Shown here: positions 7,780 to 16,689 of the stretch, one piece after another | Layout: every line of letters starts with the position of its first letter | Position numbering within the stretch: the stretch's first letter is position 1 | Assembly (NCBI GenBank): GCA_034520565.1 | Contig: JAXHNL010000002.1 | Location: 1,127,722 to 1,151,721 of the forward strand | Length of the DNA: 24,000 bases | Source of the DNA: Halodesulfurarchaeum sp. | GTDB lineage: Archaea; Halobacteriota; Halobacteria; Halobacteriales; Halobacteriaceae | Direction: 5' to 3' | The notes under the pieces: model-generated | What the model saw: the letters and a program-made list of their open reading frames with translations, nothing else | Database searches by the model: none | Told to the model about the DNA's origin: nothing | Made by a program: the position numbers and the translations under genes

Positions 7780-9876
7780 TCACTCGGTGATCCGGCTCGT
7801 CCCCGGTGGCATGAACTTCTGAATCTCGTCCGGACTGGCGACCTTCCGGACGAACGAGGTGTCCGCAAAGCGCTCCCGGAACTCCCGATAGAGTCGCTTT
7901 GCCACGTCGCCCTGGGCGTAGCGACCGGGTTCGATTCGGATCGACGTCTCGGCCTGGGCCTCGATTGGTTCGGGTGGACCGCCGACGACCCGCGTTTCCG
8001 GCTCGCAGGCGATGCCCACTGCGGCCCCGACCGGGGTGTCCTCGAAGTAGGTGCGGTCGCCGCGGATGGCAAACCCGCCCTTTTCGAGGTACTCGCCGCT
8101 CTCCGGGGTTTTCGAGACCTGGTCGCCGTCGACCATGTAGACGTCCCCGCTGTACCGTTCGTCCTTCCAGACCGTGGAGAAGGTCACGGCGAACTGGGCG
8201 GCCTCCATGAGGCTTCGCTCGGGAACGTCGATGTCTTTTGTCGGCTCGCTCGGCTCGCTCGTTTTGAGGATCGTCGCCGGGCCGCCGTGGGCCTGTGTGT
8301 GGAAGAACCGATCTGCGTGTTCCATGTACTTCTCGACCAGCTCCTCGTTCTGATCGGCGTTCCGCCCACCCAGCACGAGAAAGCCGTCGCTCGTTCGGAA
8401 CCAGCGAAAGCGGTCGTACCACTTCTCGGGTTTCCTGATCGGGACTGATTTCCGGGCGAGCCAGTCCCTGGATGCCGGCTTCTCGTCTGCCCCGTCGTCT
8501 TCCGTGTCCCCCGCGACGAACTCCTCACGGCGCTTTTCGAGCGCGGCGAGCTCGGCACGGGTGTCCTCGAGGGCTTCGAGAGCCCCCTCGCGTTTTGCCT
8601 CGATTTCCTTCGCACCGGTGTACAGCCGATCGGCGTTCTTCTCCACGCCCGACCGGGGATCGAGCGAGATCTCCTGTCCGTCGACCTCGATCCGGACCCG
8701 TGCCTCGGATTCGTCGATCCCGGACACCGCCTCGGCAGCTTCGATCCCCTCCGCAGCTCCTTTCGCGAGTCGCTCTTCGATGTCTGTCCAGCCGTGTCCG
8801 GCCTCCCGTGCCGCCCTGACAGTCTCCAGGATCTCGTCGACGAGTTCGTAGTTCGCATAGAGGAGTTCGGCTTTCTCCCGCTCCGCATCAGCCTCGGCTT
8901 CGAAGTCCTCGATGGCCCGTTCCTGTTGTTCGATGATCCGCTCGCGGCGCTCGATTTCGGCGTCGAAGTTCGGCCCCGCCGAATCGCCCCCCGTTTCGGG
9001 CTCGCTCTCGCTTTCGGCGAGCGAGCGGAAGTAGGAATCGCAAGCCGCGTTGAACGAGTCGAAGGCCTCGCTTTCGAGGTGGCCGTACTCCTCGAGCGGG
9101 ACCGGCGTGACGTCGACCGGAGCACCATCCTCGCGGTACACTCGCGGATCGGTGTTGCCCTCGCGAAGCCGATCGAGCAAGTCGCGCATCTCCGCGTAGA
9201 GGCGGTCGAAATCCCCCTCGTCGGCGTCGGCGATGTCCTTCGTCTTCTCGACTCCAGCCCGGGTACAGAGTTCCTCGCCGTAGGTGCCACCGAGATTGAG
9301 CTGTGTGGCGAGGGTCCGGACGAGGTCGGTATCCGACTCGGCCATGGCCGTCCTGAACGTCTCCCGATCCATGTCGAGCGGGTTGATCCGGGTCTGGGGG
9401 AAGCCATACTGGGCCCCCGGCGCGACGGTTCGAGACTGGAGACGCACGGTCGAGAGCGATTCCACGACCGTGCCGCTCTCGTCGAGTACCGCCAGGTTCC
9501 CCTCGCCGAAGAGTTCGGCGACGACGGTGGTGTCTTCGTCGCCGCGTCGAAACTCGAACACGAGGATGCGGTCGAAGCCATGCTGGGAAACCGTCGCGAG
9601 GTCCGCGCCCGCGATACGGTTGCGGAGCATTTTCGCGAAGTTCGGCGGCCGGTCGGGGGCGGGCGGTACGAACTCCGGCTCGGTGACGTGGACGCGTTTT
9701 TGCTCGCCGACCTGCACCAGCAACTCGATACGGCCTCGATCGTAGTCCCGCATCTTGAGACGGACGAGATCGTCCGGGTAGAGATAGGCCTTGTCGACGG
9801 TCGCGCCGGTGTAGGCCCCCAGCTCCCCCACAAGGGCGACCAGTCCGACGCTCGTGACTTCCCGCTTCGGGTCCAT
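7780..9876 (-). CDS. NFACT-family protein (archaeal Rqc2/NEMF/RqcH/FbpA homologue; predicted ribosome quality-control factor)
   Basis: Intact ORF of about 700 aa. NFACT-N-like N-terminus: [15 protein letters not shown]...VRLKMR...[16 protein letters not shown]. Long E/A/R-rich coiled-coil centre. DUF814/NFACT-R-like block: [49 protein letters not shown] prefer the start MDPKREVTS (9874-9876); the track start is 9897. Confidence 0.85.
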   Translation of the reverse strand: MDPKREVTSVGLVALVGELGAYTGATVDKAYLYPDDLVRLKMRDYDRGRIELLVQVGEQKRVHVTEPEFVPPAPDRPPNFAKMLRNRIAGADLATVSQHGFDRILVFEFRRGDEDTTVVAELFGEGNLAVLDESGTVVESLSTVRLQSRTVAPGAQYGFPQTRINPLDMDRETFRTAMAESDTDLVRTLATQLNLGGTYGEELCTRAGVEKTKDIADADEGDFDRLYAEMRDLLDRLREGNTDPRVYREDGAPVDVTPVPLEEYGHLESEAFDSFNAACDSYFRSLAESESEPETGGDSAGPNFDAEIERRERIIEQQERAIEDFEAEADAEREKAELLYANYELVDEILETVRAAREAGHGWTDIEERLAKGAAEGIEAAEAVSGIDESEARVRIEVDGQEISLDPRSGVEKNADRLYTGAKEIEAKREGALEALEDTRAELAALEKRREEFVAGDTEDDGADEKPASRDWLARKSVPIRKPEKWYDRFRWFRTSDGFLVLGGRNADQNEELVEKYMEHADRFFHTQAHGGPATILKTSEPSEPTKDIDVPERSLMEAAQFAVTFSTVWKDERYSGDVYMVDGDQVSKTPESGEYLEKGGFAIRGDRTYFEDTPVGAAVGIACEPETRVVGGPPEPIEAQAETSIRIEPGRYAQGDVAKRLYREFRERFADTSFVRKVASPDEIQKFMPPGTSRITE

Positions 9877-10112
9877 GGTCACATCCAAACGGACCATCGG
9901 GTTAGGCGCATCGGTCGAACGAGCGGCTGTGGATTCCGCGGCCCGAACGCGTGTGGCCCCGGACGAGGGTTTAAATCAGAACACCGGGCCAGAACGGGCT
10001 ATCCCACCTTCGAAAACCCGGCGCGGCATGCGGGAGTGCGGCCGACCGCGTCGGCGGTCAGGCCGCCTGTTCGCCCCCGGTTCCGCGATCGTCGTTCCGG
10101 TTTCTGCCCCGG

Positions 10113-11756
10113 TCAGTCGAGCTGCGTGCTGACGTACGGACCGTCCCGCTCGTAGCCCAGCTCCTGTCGGTAGTACTCCCGGGCCCCCACCCCGGCGATG
10201 ACGACGAGTTTCCCGTAGCCCGCCTCGGCAGCCATCGACTCGGCCTCCCGGACGAGCGTGCGCCCGTAGCCCTGGTGCTGGAACTCTTCACCGGTCTCCC
10301 CCAGCCCCACTTCGTTGCCGTAGACGTGGAGTTCCCGAATCAGGGCCGCCCCCTGCAACTCCTCGCGGCGTGACTCCCCCGGGAACCGGAGCCTGAGGAA
10401 GCCGATTAACAAGCCCTGTTCGGGCGCTTCGAAACTGACGAAGTGCTCCGTTCCGTCACCGGCTTCGTAGGTCCGCACGTTCATCTCGATCTCCGATGGC
10501 TCCTCGTCGTTCATTCCGACCTCCCGACAGCGGATGCAGTCACAGCTCCAGCCGTGCTCGTCCATCCGCTCGCGAGCCAACTGCCGCAGGTTGGACTTCC
10601 AGACGCCGGCGTCGATGAAGTCCGCCGGAATGTCCCGCTGGACCCGCTGGAGCCTGACGTAGGGCGGGAGGTCGGCCTTGATCTCCGCGACGAGTTCGGC
10701 CGCCTGCTCGTTGGTGAGCGGCTCGTACTCGTCCCGACGCCACATGTCGTAGATCCTGGTCCCACGGACCACGAGCGTGGGGTAGATCTTGAGGTAGTCC
10801 GGACGCCACCGGGCGTCTTCGAAGAGTCGACGGCCGTCCTCCCTGGCCATGGCCACGGACGTCCCGGGCTGGCCCGGCATCAGGTGGAAGCCCACCTTGA
10901 AGCCCGCGTCGCGCAGGCGTCGGCCGGCATCGATGGCGTCTTGGATGCCGTGACCGCGATGCATCTCGCGATTGATTCCCTCGAACGTCGTCTGCACGCC
11001 GACCTCGACCTTCGTTACGCCGAGGCGCAACATCCGGTCGATCTGGTCGGGCCCACACCAGTCCGGCTTCGTTTCGAAGGTCGTCGCGACGTTCCGCACG
11101 TCGGCGGTCTCGTTTGTCCGGAGGACTTCCTCGATCGATCGGTCGATGACCTGCTCGGGTTCCTGGGCGAAACTCTCGCCCTCGGTTGGCGCGGGCGGAT
11201 CGTCAGGGTCGAACTCGTTCATCGCCTGCACGGCCCGCCGGACGAACCACTCCTGGTACGCCGGGTCCCGGGCCGTCATCGTCCCGCCCATCACGATGAG
11301 CTCGACCTTGTCGACCGGATGTCCGATGTGTCGAAGCTGGGCCAGCCTGAGTCGAACCTGTCCGTAGGGATCGTAGTCGTTTTGCCCCCCACGGGCGGCG
11401 GCCGGCTCGTGTCCGGTGTAACTCTGTGCGGAGGAGAACTCCGAGGCCGGGCCCCCGGGACAGTACAGGCACTTCCCGTGCGGGCACGGCTCGGGGCTGG
11501 TCATCACCGCGACCGGCGTCACTCCCGAGGCGGTCCGAACCGGTTTGCGTCTAAGGATCGGTTCGACCTGCTCCCGTTTGTCGTCCGGGGCGGCCTGCAG
11601 CAGCTCCCCGTTCGTCGGTACCTTCGGCGAGGCGTGCTCGCCACAGGCTGCCAGTTTCGCCTGCTCCAGATTGTCGCGGTCCACCTCGCCGTCGAAAATA
11701 CGGGTGAGTACGTCTGCACACGCCGCTTCGAAGCGTCGCTCACCCGTCGCGTCCAT
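10113..11756 (-). CDS. elp3: Elp3-family radical SAM / GNAT acetyltransferase (tRNA wobble-uridine modification)
   Basis: Radical-SAM cluster motif CPHGKCLYCPGGP. TIM-barrel region: VELIVMGGTMT, KVEVGVQT. C-terminal GNAT motif: QHQGYGRTLVREAESMAAEAGY. Start chosen at MDATGERRFEAAC (ATG 11754-11756); the upstream part of the track ORF is Ser/Pro/Arg-rich and overlaps the previous gene. Confidence 0.9.
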   Translation of the reverse strand: MDATGERRFEAACADVLTRIFDGEVDRDNLEQAKLAACGEHASPKVPTNGELLQAAPDDKREQVEPILRRKPVRTASGVTPVAVMTSPEPCPHGKCLYCPGGPASEFSSAQSYTGHEPAAARGGQNDYDPYGQVRLRLAQLRHIGHPVDKVELIVMGGTMTARDPAYQEWFVRRAVQAMNEFDPDDPPAPTEGESFAQEPEQVIDRSIEEVLRTNETADVRNVATTFETKPDWCGPDQIDRMLRLGVTKVEVGVQTTFEGINREMHRGHGIQDAIDAGRRLRDAGFKVGFHLMPGQPGTSVAMAREDGRRLFEDARWRPDYLKIYPTLVVRGTRIYDMWRRDEYEPLTNEQAAELVAEIKADLPPYVRLQRVQRDIPADFIDAGVWKSNLRQLARERMDEHGWSCDCIRCREVGMNDEEPSEIEMNVRTYEAGDGTEHFVSFEAPEQGLLIGFLRLRFPGESRREELQGAALIRELHVYGNEVGLGETGEEFQHQGYGRTLVREAESMAAEAGYGKLVVIAGVGAREYYRQELGYERDGPYVSTQLD

Positions 11757-11793
11757 ACAGAAGCCTGCGGAGAGCCGCCAAAAAGGGTGTCGT

Positions 11794-13902
11794 TCAGCCC
11801 AGCCAGGCCGACACTTCCTCGATGACGGCCTCCAGCACGTCGTCCCGCCGCCCGGAGAGGAACTCGATGCGGCCGTCACGGCCACCGCGCGGGGTAACGC
11901 CCCCGCCCTCGACGCGGTCGGCGACGGCTTCGCCGATGGCGCGCACGTCCAGGGCGGTCGAGCGCTCGAGGAAGAGTTCGTCCTCGTCGAGCGCGATCGT
12001 CACCGTTGCACCCGCCTCGGCGGTCTCTCGCCGGTGAAGTTCCGCGAGCAGGAGGTCCGTCGGCGGGAAGTCATAGCGATGGGTGTAGGCGGCCACGTCG
12101 AGGACGTCGATCTGGACGCCGTTCTCGCTCCGGCGCTCGAGATGAGGCCGTGCGGTCTCGACTTCGGTCTCGAGTTTCGTTTCGAACTGCTCGCTGAGCG
12201 GCGTCGCGAGTGCGGCGTTGCCGTCGTCCCAGAAGAGGTCCGCGATGAGTTCGCGCTTGTCCTCGTAGGACTGGTAGAAGGCCTCGAGAGCCACCGCGTT
12301 CCGGATGTCCTCGATCGTCCCCATCTCGTAGCCGCTCTCGGTCGCGAGGTCGGCGTACTGTGCTGGTACCTCGGTCCAGAAACTCGTCGCGGGCAAGTGA
12401 GCCAGATCAGCACGAACGTCGTCGTTCACGAGGGCCGCGAGGTGGGTGCCCAGCACGCCAGTCGACACTGGACCACCGCCTGCGGCGGTCGGACTGACGA
12501 GAACGTTTGCCGTCTCAGCCGCGTCGGTGTCGGCGTAACCGCCGTCGACGATCACGGTCCCCGCGTCGTAAATCGAGAGTAGATCCAGCCCGTCAGCGGA
12601 TTCCCGGGTCGAGCCGGCGTCGACGAGCACGAAGAGGGGGTGTGTCTCGTCGTGTCGATCCGCGGCCTCGAGCATACTCGTCACGTCGCTCGTCGCGGCT
12701 TCGACGTCGTAAATCGGATCGTCGAGGGGCCGTCGGTCGACGTAATGGTATTCTGCGCCCGATTCGGCGTGTTCCTCGCGGATCAGTGGCAACAGTGCCC
12801 GTTCCAGGGCTGCGCCACCGACGTACCCTTCGAGCGTCGCCGTGTGCCGGATGATGACCGGCCTGGATTCGATGACGGCCCGGCGAATCGTCGTCGCCGC
12901 GTCCAGGAGATCGTCCTGCACCGGCTCGATCGACGGATCCGAGACGAAAAGATCCGTTTCCCCTGGCTCGGCCCGTTCGGCGACAGCGTTTTCTCGTCGC
13001 TCCGTGACCGCTTCGGCAGCGTCATCTGCGAGCACCGTGAGTTCCTGTGTTTCGACCTGGACCGCTCCTCGATGCTCTTCGACGATGCCGATGAGGCGGA
13101 CTGCCTCACCCGTTTCTACCTCCGGGTAGGCCCTGACGCCGGCCTCTTCGAAGGCCGCACAGTCGACGGTCCCGGTTTCGTCTTCGACCTCGAAGATCGT
13201 CGGTCCTGCCGTCTGGCGAATGCCCCGGACCGTCCCTTCGAGGGCGACCGTCTCCCCGAGCGCCGATTCGAGGGCGTCGACCTGGAGCCGTTCGATTTCG
13301 GTCGGCTTGGCAGCCGTCGTGGATTCCCTGTCCGTTTCGGGTTCGAATTCGGACCCGTCGGGCGATTCGGTCGGTCCGTTCGATTCGGCCGTGGTCGTCC
13401 CGCCGTCGGTCGAACTGGTGTCTTTCGGGTCCCGCTCGACGGCCGAGGGGCTGCCAACCTCGGATTCCGCTGTCGGCTCCGGCTCGGTCGAGTCGTCCCC
13501 GGATCCGTCACCGTCGGCGTGCTCGGGCAATACCGGCTTGCCGATCTCCGGGTCGTCGATAAGGCGCCCGCGGAACTCGCGTTCCCGTTGTCGGAGCGAC
13601 CAGCCGAGGTCAATGTTCCCGTTGTCGTGTACCTCGAGGACCTGGACGAAGACCGTCTCGCCCGGGTCCCAGTCGAGGGACTCGAGTCGCTTTGGGATCT
13701 CGCTTCGATGCAACAGGCCGGTTACGGGGCCCACGTCGACGAAGACGCCGAATTCCGCGAATCCGTCGACGCTGCCGCGGTAATACCGGTCCGCGGTGAG
13801 CTGGTTCGATCTGGTGCCACGAAACTCGAAGAACACGTCCTCCTCGTGCGTGCCACAAACGTCGCCGTCAGCGGGTGAGCCACAGATAACACACGTACCC
13901 AT
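11794..13902 (-). CDS. RecJ-like DHH-superfamily protein with N-terminal Cys cluster, S1 domain and OB-fold; catalytic DHH motifs degenerate
   Basis: Intact 702 aa. N-terminus MGTCVICGSPADGDVCGTH. S1-like region: YRGSVDGFAEFGVFVDVGPVTGLLHRSEI...FVQVLEVHDNGNIDLG. Acidic linker. OB-like region: VALEGTVRGIRQTAGPTIFEVEDETGTVDCAAFE. DHH-like core: IIRHTATLEGYVGGAAL, LFVLVDAGST, TVIVDGGYAD. Confidence 0.7.
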   Translation of the reverse strand: MGTCVICGSPADGDVCGTHEEDVFFEFRGTRSNQLTADRYYRGSVDGFAEFGVFVDVGPVTGLLHRSEIPKRLESLDWDPGETVFVQVLEVHDNGNIDLGWSLRQREREFRGRLIDDPEIGKPVLPEHADGDGSGDDSTEPEPTAESEVGSPSAVERDPKDTSSTDGGTTTAESNGPTESPDGSEFEPETDRESTTAAKPTEIERLQVDALESALGETVALEGTVRGIRQTAGPTIFEVEDETGTVDCAAFEEAGVRAYPEVETGEAVRLIGIVEEHRGAVQVETQELTVLADDAAEAVTERRENAVAERAEPGETDLFVSDPSIEPVQDDLLDAATTIRRAVIESRPVIIRHTATLEGYVGGAALERALLPLIREEHAESGAEYHYVDRRPLDDPIYDVEAATSDVTSMLEAADRHDETHPLFVLVDAGSTRESADGLDLLSIYDAGTVIVDGGYADTDAAETANVLVSPTAAGGGPVSTGVLGTHLAALVNDDVRADLAHLPATSFWTEVPAQYADLATESGYEMGTIEDIRNAVALEAFYQSYEDKRELIADLFWDDGNAALATPLSEQFETKLETEVETARPHLERRSENGVQIDVLDVAAYTHRYDFPPTDLLLAELHRRETAEAGATVTIALDEDELFLERSTALDVRAIGEAVADRVEGGGVTPRGGRDGRIEFLSGRRDDVLEAVIEEVSAWLG

Positions 13903-13952
13903 TTCTAGTATGGGAAAGCCGCCGGACTCCTAAACGCTTGTCGAAAGCTCGC

Positions 13953-14540
13953 TCAGTCCCGCCTGACCTCGTGGCAGTTCCGACATCGGGCCTCGTAGGA
14001 CTCCTCGGCCCCGACCACGATGGTCGGCTCGTCCACGTGGGCGGGTTCGCCGTCGACGAGTCGCTGGTTGCGCGTCGCCGGCTCGCCACAGACCGCACAG
14101 ATGGCCCGGAGCTTGTCGACGTACTCGGCGTTGGCCATCAACTGCCCGAGGGGCTCGAAGGGTTCGCCACGAAACGTCTGGTCGGTGCCGCTGACGATCA
14201 CCCGTCGACCCTCGTTTGCGAGGTCGTCGACGACCGCGACGAGTTCGACCGGGAAGAAATTCGCCTCGTCGATCGCGACGACCGACTCCCCGTCCAACAG
14301 GTCGGGAATGGAGCGGACGCCCTCAGGCGTGTTGTCGACGACGGTCGCCTCCCAGGTGTGTCCGGCGTGGGAGCCCAGTTCGGCTTCCCCATAGCGGTCG
14401 TCGATGGCGGGCGTAAACGCCGCGACGGTCTGGCCCGCGATTTCGGTCCGCCGGAGCCGCCGGAGGAGTTCCTCGGTCTTCCCGGAGAACATCGAGCCCG
14501 AGATGACCTCGACCCAGCCGTTCTCCCTGATCGCGCGCAT
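13953..14540 (-). CDS. tdk: Thymidine kinase
   Basis: 195 aa. P-loop SGSMFSGKTEELLRR, motif AIDEANFF, and C-terminal zinc ligands CAVCGEPA...CRNCH. Only the last 195 codons of track ORF 13953..15527 look coding; the ATG is at 14538-14540. Confidence 0.9.
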   Translation of the reverse strand: MRAIRENGWVEVISGSMFSGKTEELLRRLRRTEIAGQTVAAFTPAIDDRYGEAELGSHAGHTWEATVVDNTPEGVRSIPDLLDGESVVAIDEANFFPVELVAVVDDLANEGRRVIVSGTDQTFRGEPFEPLGQLMANAEYVDKLRAICAVCGEPATRNQRLVDGEPAHVDEPTIVVGAEESYEARCRNCHEVRRD

Positions 14541-14569
14541 ATCTCGAACGGGGACCTCCGCCACTAAAA

Positions 14570-15157
14570 TCAGTCCGATTCCTCGTCGTGTGCGCCGACG
14601 TTGTGTCGCCCCTCGAAGCTGATCGGATCCGGCTCGATGAAGGCGTACTCGACGATCCGCTGCCCGAGCGTCTCGAGGCGGTTCTCCAGATCCGGATCGG
14701 TGATCTGCCCGGCCGTGACTGCCTCGCCCGAGTCCGGTATCGCCGCCTGGAACGGCAGCACCCAGGCGTCGAGTGCCCGAAGGACGCCCCGGAGGTGATC
14801 GAGGGCAGGGAGGGGGAATCCACCTCCGGCGACTGCGAGCAGGCCGACAGTGGTATTTTCGAACTCGTCGAAGCCACAGTAATCGAGGGCGTTCTTGAGA
14901 GGGGCCGAATAGGAGCCGTGATAGACCGGGGTTCCGAGCAGAACCGCGTCGAGGTTCCGGATCTCGGTCCTGAATTCCGGGGCGTCGCCGGCATCCCTGT
15001 CGTCCGCGTCGTAGACTGGCAGGTCGTACTCCCTGAGATCGATCAGATCGGCCGTCCCGCCGTGGTCCTCGACGGACGCAAGCGCCCGCTGTAGTCCGAC
15101 TCGCGTCACGCTTTCCTCGCGCAAGCTGCCGACGATCGCACCGATGGTGGGTGACAT
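14570..15157 (-). CDS. NAD(P)H-dependent FMN reductase family oxidoreductase
   Basis: 195 aa. IGAIVGSLREESVTR near the N-terminus and LLGTPVYHGSYSAPLKNALDY are typical of the flavodoxin-like FMN_red fold. Confidence 0.8.
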   Translation of the reverse strand: MSPTIGAIVGSLREESVTRVGLQRALASVEDHGGTADLIDLREYDLPVYDADDRDAGDAPEFRTEIRNLDAVLLGTPVYHGSYSAPLKNALDYCGFDEFENTTVGLLAVAGGGFPLPALDHLRGVLRALDAWVLPFQAAIPDSGEAVTAGQITDPDLENRLETLGQRIVEYAFIEPDPISFEGRHNVGAHDEESD

Positions 15158-15226
15158 ACGAGAACGGTTGTGGCGTTCGGTACGTAAAGTGGTGGGCGGA
15201 GCGAGGGAGCCGGTTCCGCCGGCGGG

Positions 15227-16140
15227 TCACTCCCGGAGCCGCACAGTCGGGGGGTCGGATTCCTTCTCGACGGCGACCAACCCGTCCGCCTCGAGGTCTG
15301 CAAGCAGTCCGTCGAACCACTCTCGCCCGTGCTCTCCCGTCGGTGTATAGTCCACGCGAACCCGGTGGCCCAGATCGTCGATCGGCAATTCCCCGTGCTC
15401 GCCAAGCGTGCGGACGATCTGTCCCCTGAACTGTCTCCGGCTCCCCTCGAAGGCGGGCTGGGTCGGGACGTCCGGCGCGGTGAAATCTCCGGTTTCGTAG
15501 GCGTGACACCACTCCCGCCACGGGCAATTTGCCCCGTCACAGCGCGGTGTCTTCGAACAGGCGACCCCGCCGAGTTCCATGATGGCGTTGTTCCACCGGC
15601 CGGGCGCGTCCGGTGGTACCAGTTCATCGGCTGCTGACTCGAAGACAACCTCGTCGTCCGGAACGCCGAACGCGCGGTGGAGCACTCGCTTCACGTTCGT
15701 GTCGACCACGGCGCCGCCGGTGTCGAAGGCAAAGGAGGCGACGGCCGTGGCGGTGTAGGGACCGACGCCCATGAGCGTTTCCAACTGGTCGGGTTCGGTG
15801 GGTAACTCGCCGCCGAACTCCGAAACCACCTGCTGGGCTGCCTCGTGGAGGTATTTCGCCCGGTTGTTGTAACCGAGGCTGTGGGCACTCCAGAAGGCGA
15901 CCACGTCGCTTCGGTCGGCGTCGGCGAGTGCATCGATCGTCGGCCAGCGCTCGATAAACGCGTTCCAGGGCTCGACGATTCGATCGAGCTGGGTCTGCTG
16001 GCTCATCACCTCGGAAACCAGGATCTCGTAGGGGTCGCCGGTTTCCCGCCACGGGAACGACCGGTGGTCGGCCTCGTACCACGACAGGAGTGCCGCCCGA
16101 ATCGCGTCCAGTCTGCGTCGAAGTCGAGTGAACCGGCCAT
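15227..16140 (-). pseudogene. mutY: A/G-specific adenine DNA glycosylase (MutY, HhH-GPD/FCL family), with an apparent frameshift about 10 codons after the start
   Basis: Main frame reads LDAIRAALLSWYEADHRSFPWRETGDPYEILVSEVMSQQTQLDRIV...LMGVGPYTATAVASFAF...VVDTNVKRV...CSKTPRCDGANCPWREWC (4Fe-4S). That frame has no ATG/GTG/TTG upstream of VMSQQ. An ATG at 16138-16140 (MAGSLDFDAD) lies in a neighbouring frame and joins at about 16112. Length is 914 nt, i.e. 305 codons minus one base. Confidence 0.8.
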
Positions 16141-16286
16141 TGCGAGTAGTCGGCGTGAATTTGACCGCCGGGGTCCTTACAAGCGTGGTGATGGCGAACG
16201 TTCGCGATTGTAGCTCGGCAGCCTTTCTCGAATACGAATCTTATTCGTCCGAAACGGGTTTTTCCGTGGGTCCGCGACGGTGTTCC

Positions 16287-16607
16287 ATGAGTCTCGACGA
16301 ACTCACCGACGCCGTCGAAAGCTCCTATAGCGACCTCGACGGAACCGAATTGACGCTCGACCACGAAAGCCGGCTGGAACTCGCCATGTTGCAAGCGGCC
16401 TTCGAGGAGGACGACCCCGCATCGCTCGTCTCGCGAGCCATTCACGTGCTCTTCCAGTCGACGGCCGAAACGGGAAAGCTCGATTTCCACCTCCGGGGGC
16501 GGTATGACGTAACCTACGACGAGTATCTCTCCGGGATGACCTACGACGACATGCCCGGGATGGGCGATTTTTCCGGCGGGGACGACGAGCGACGGTACCA
16601 GTTCTGA
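16287..16607 (+). CDS. Small acidic cytoplasmic protein (106 aa), hypothetical
   Basis: MSLDELTDAVESSYSDLDGTELTLDHESRLELAMLQAAFEEDDPASLVSRAIHVLF...DDERRYQF has strongly acidic, halophile-type composition. I prefer the internal ATG at 16287; the first 53 codons of the track ORF overlap the mutY 5' end and look non-coding. Confidence 0.6.
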   Translation: MSLDELTDAVESSYSDLDGTELTLDHESRLELAMLQAAFEEDDPASLVSRAIHVLFQSTAETGKLDFHLRGRYDVTYDEYLSGMTYDDMPGMGDFSGGDDERRYQF

Positions 16608-16689
16608 CCTGATGCGGCTGCCCGTCGGGTGCCCGGAGGCAGTCAGCTTCGGCCCATGAGGTTTTTACTGCGCCGCCCGTGGGTCGAGT

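Noticed and set aside
6435-8072. 545-aa ORF that looks like a large fusion protein.
   Set aside because: Only residues 112 to about 297 are real, being the Pelota N-terminal part. The N-terminal extension overlaps the NFACT gene 3' end. The C-terminal 250 aa is poly-Arg nonsense produced by the frameshift at about 7181 and is antisense to the MBL gene.
8241-8260. Tandem 9-nt repeat GGCTCGCTC x2, plus a 14-nt direct repeat at 17806-17819 / 17833-17846.
   Set aside because: Both are in-frame duplications inside coding regions: SEPSEP in the NFACT protein, and GAGSE...GAGSE in the AI-2E tail. Both are typical of low-complexity acidic linkers and are not repeat elements.
8184-9833. 549-aa ORF in a second frame on the same strand as the NFACT gene, fully nested within it. 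Similar long shadow ORFs occur at 4463..5815(+), 10443..11825(+), 12640..13878(+), 20310..21251(+) and 21577..22734(-).
   Set aside because: Their Arg/Ser/Pro/Gly-rich, low-complexity translations carry no motifs, and each overlaps a convincingly coding gene. In a genome of about 65% GC, stop-free alternative frames of this length are expected.
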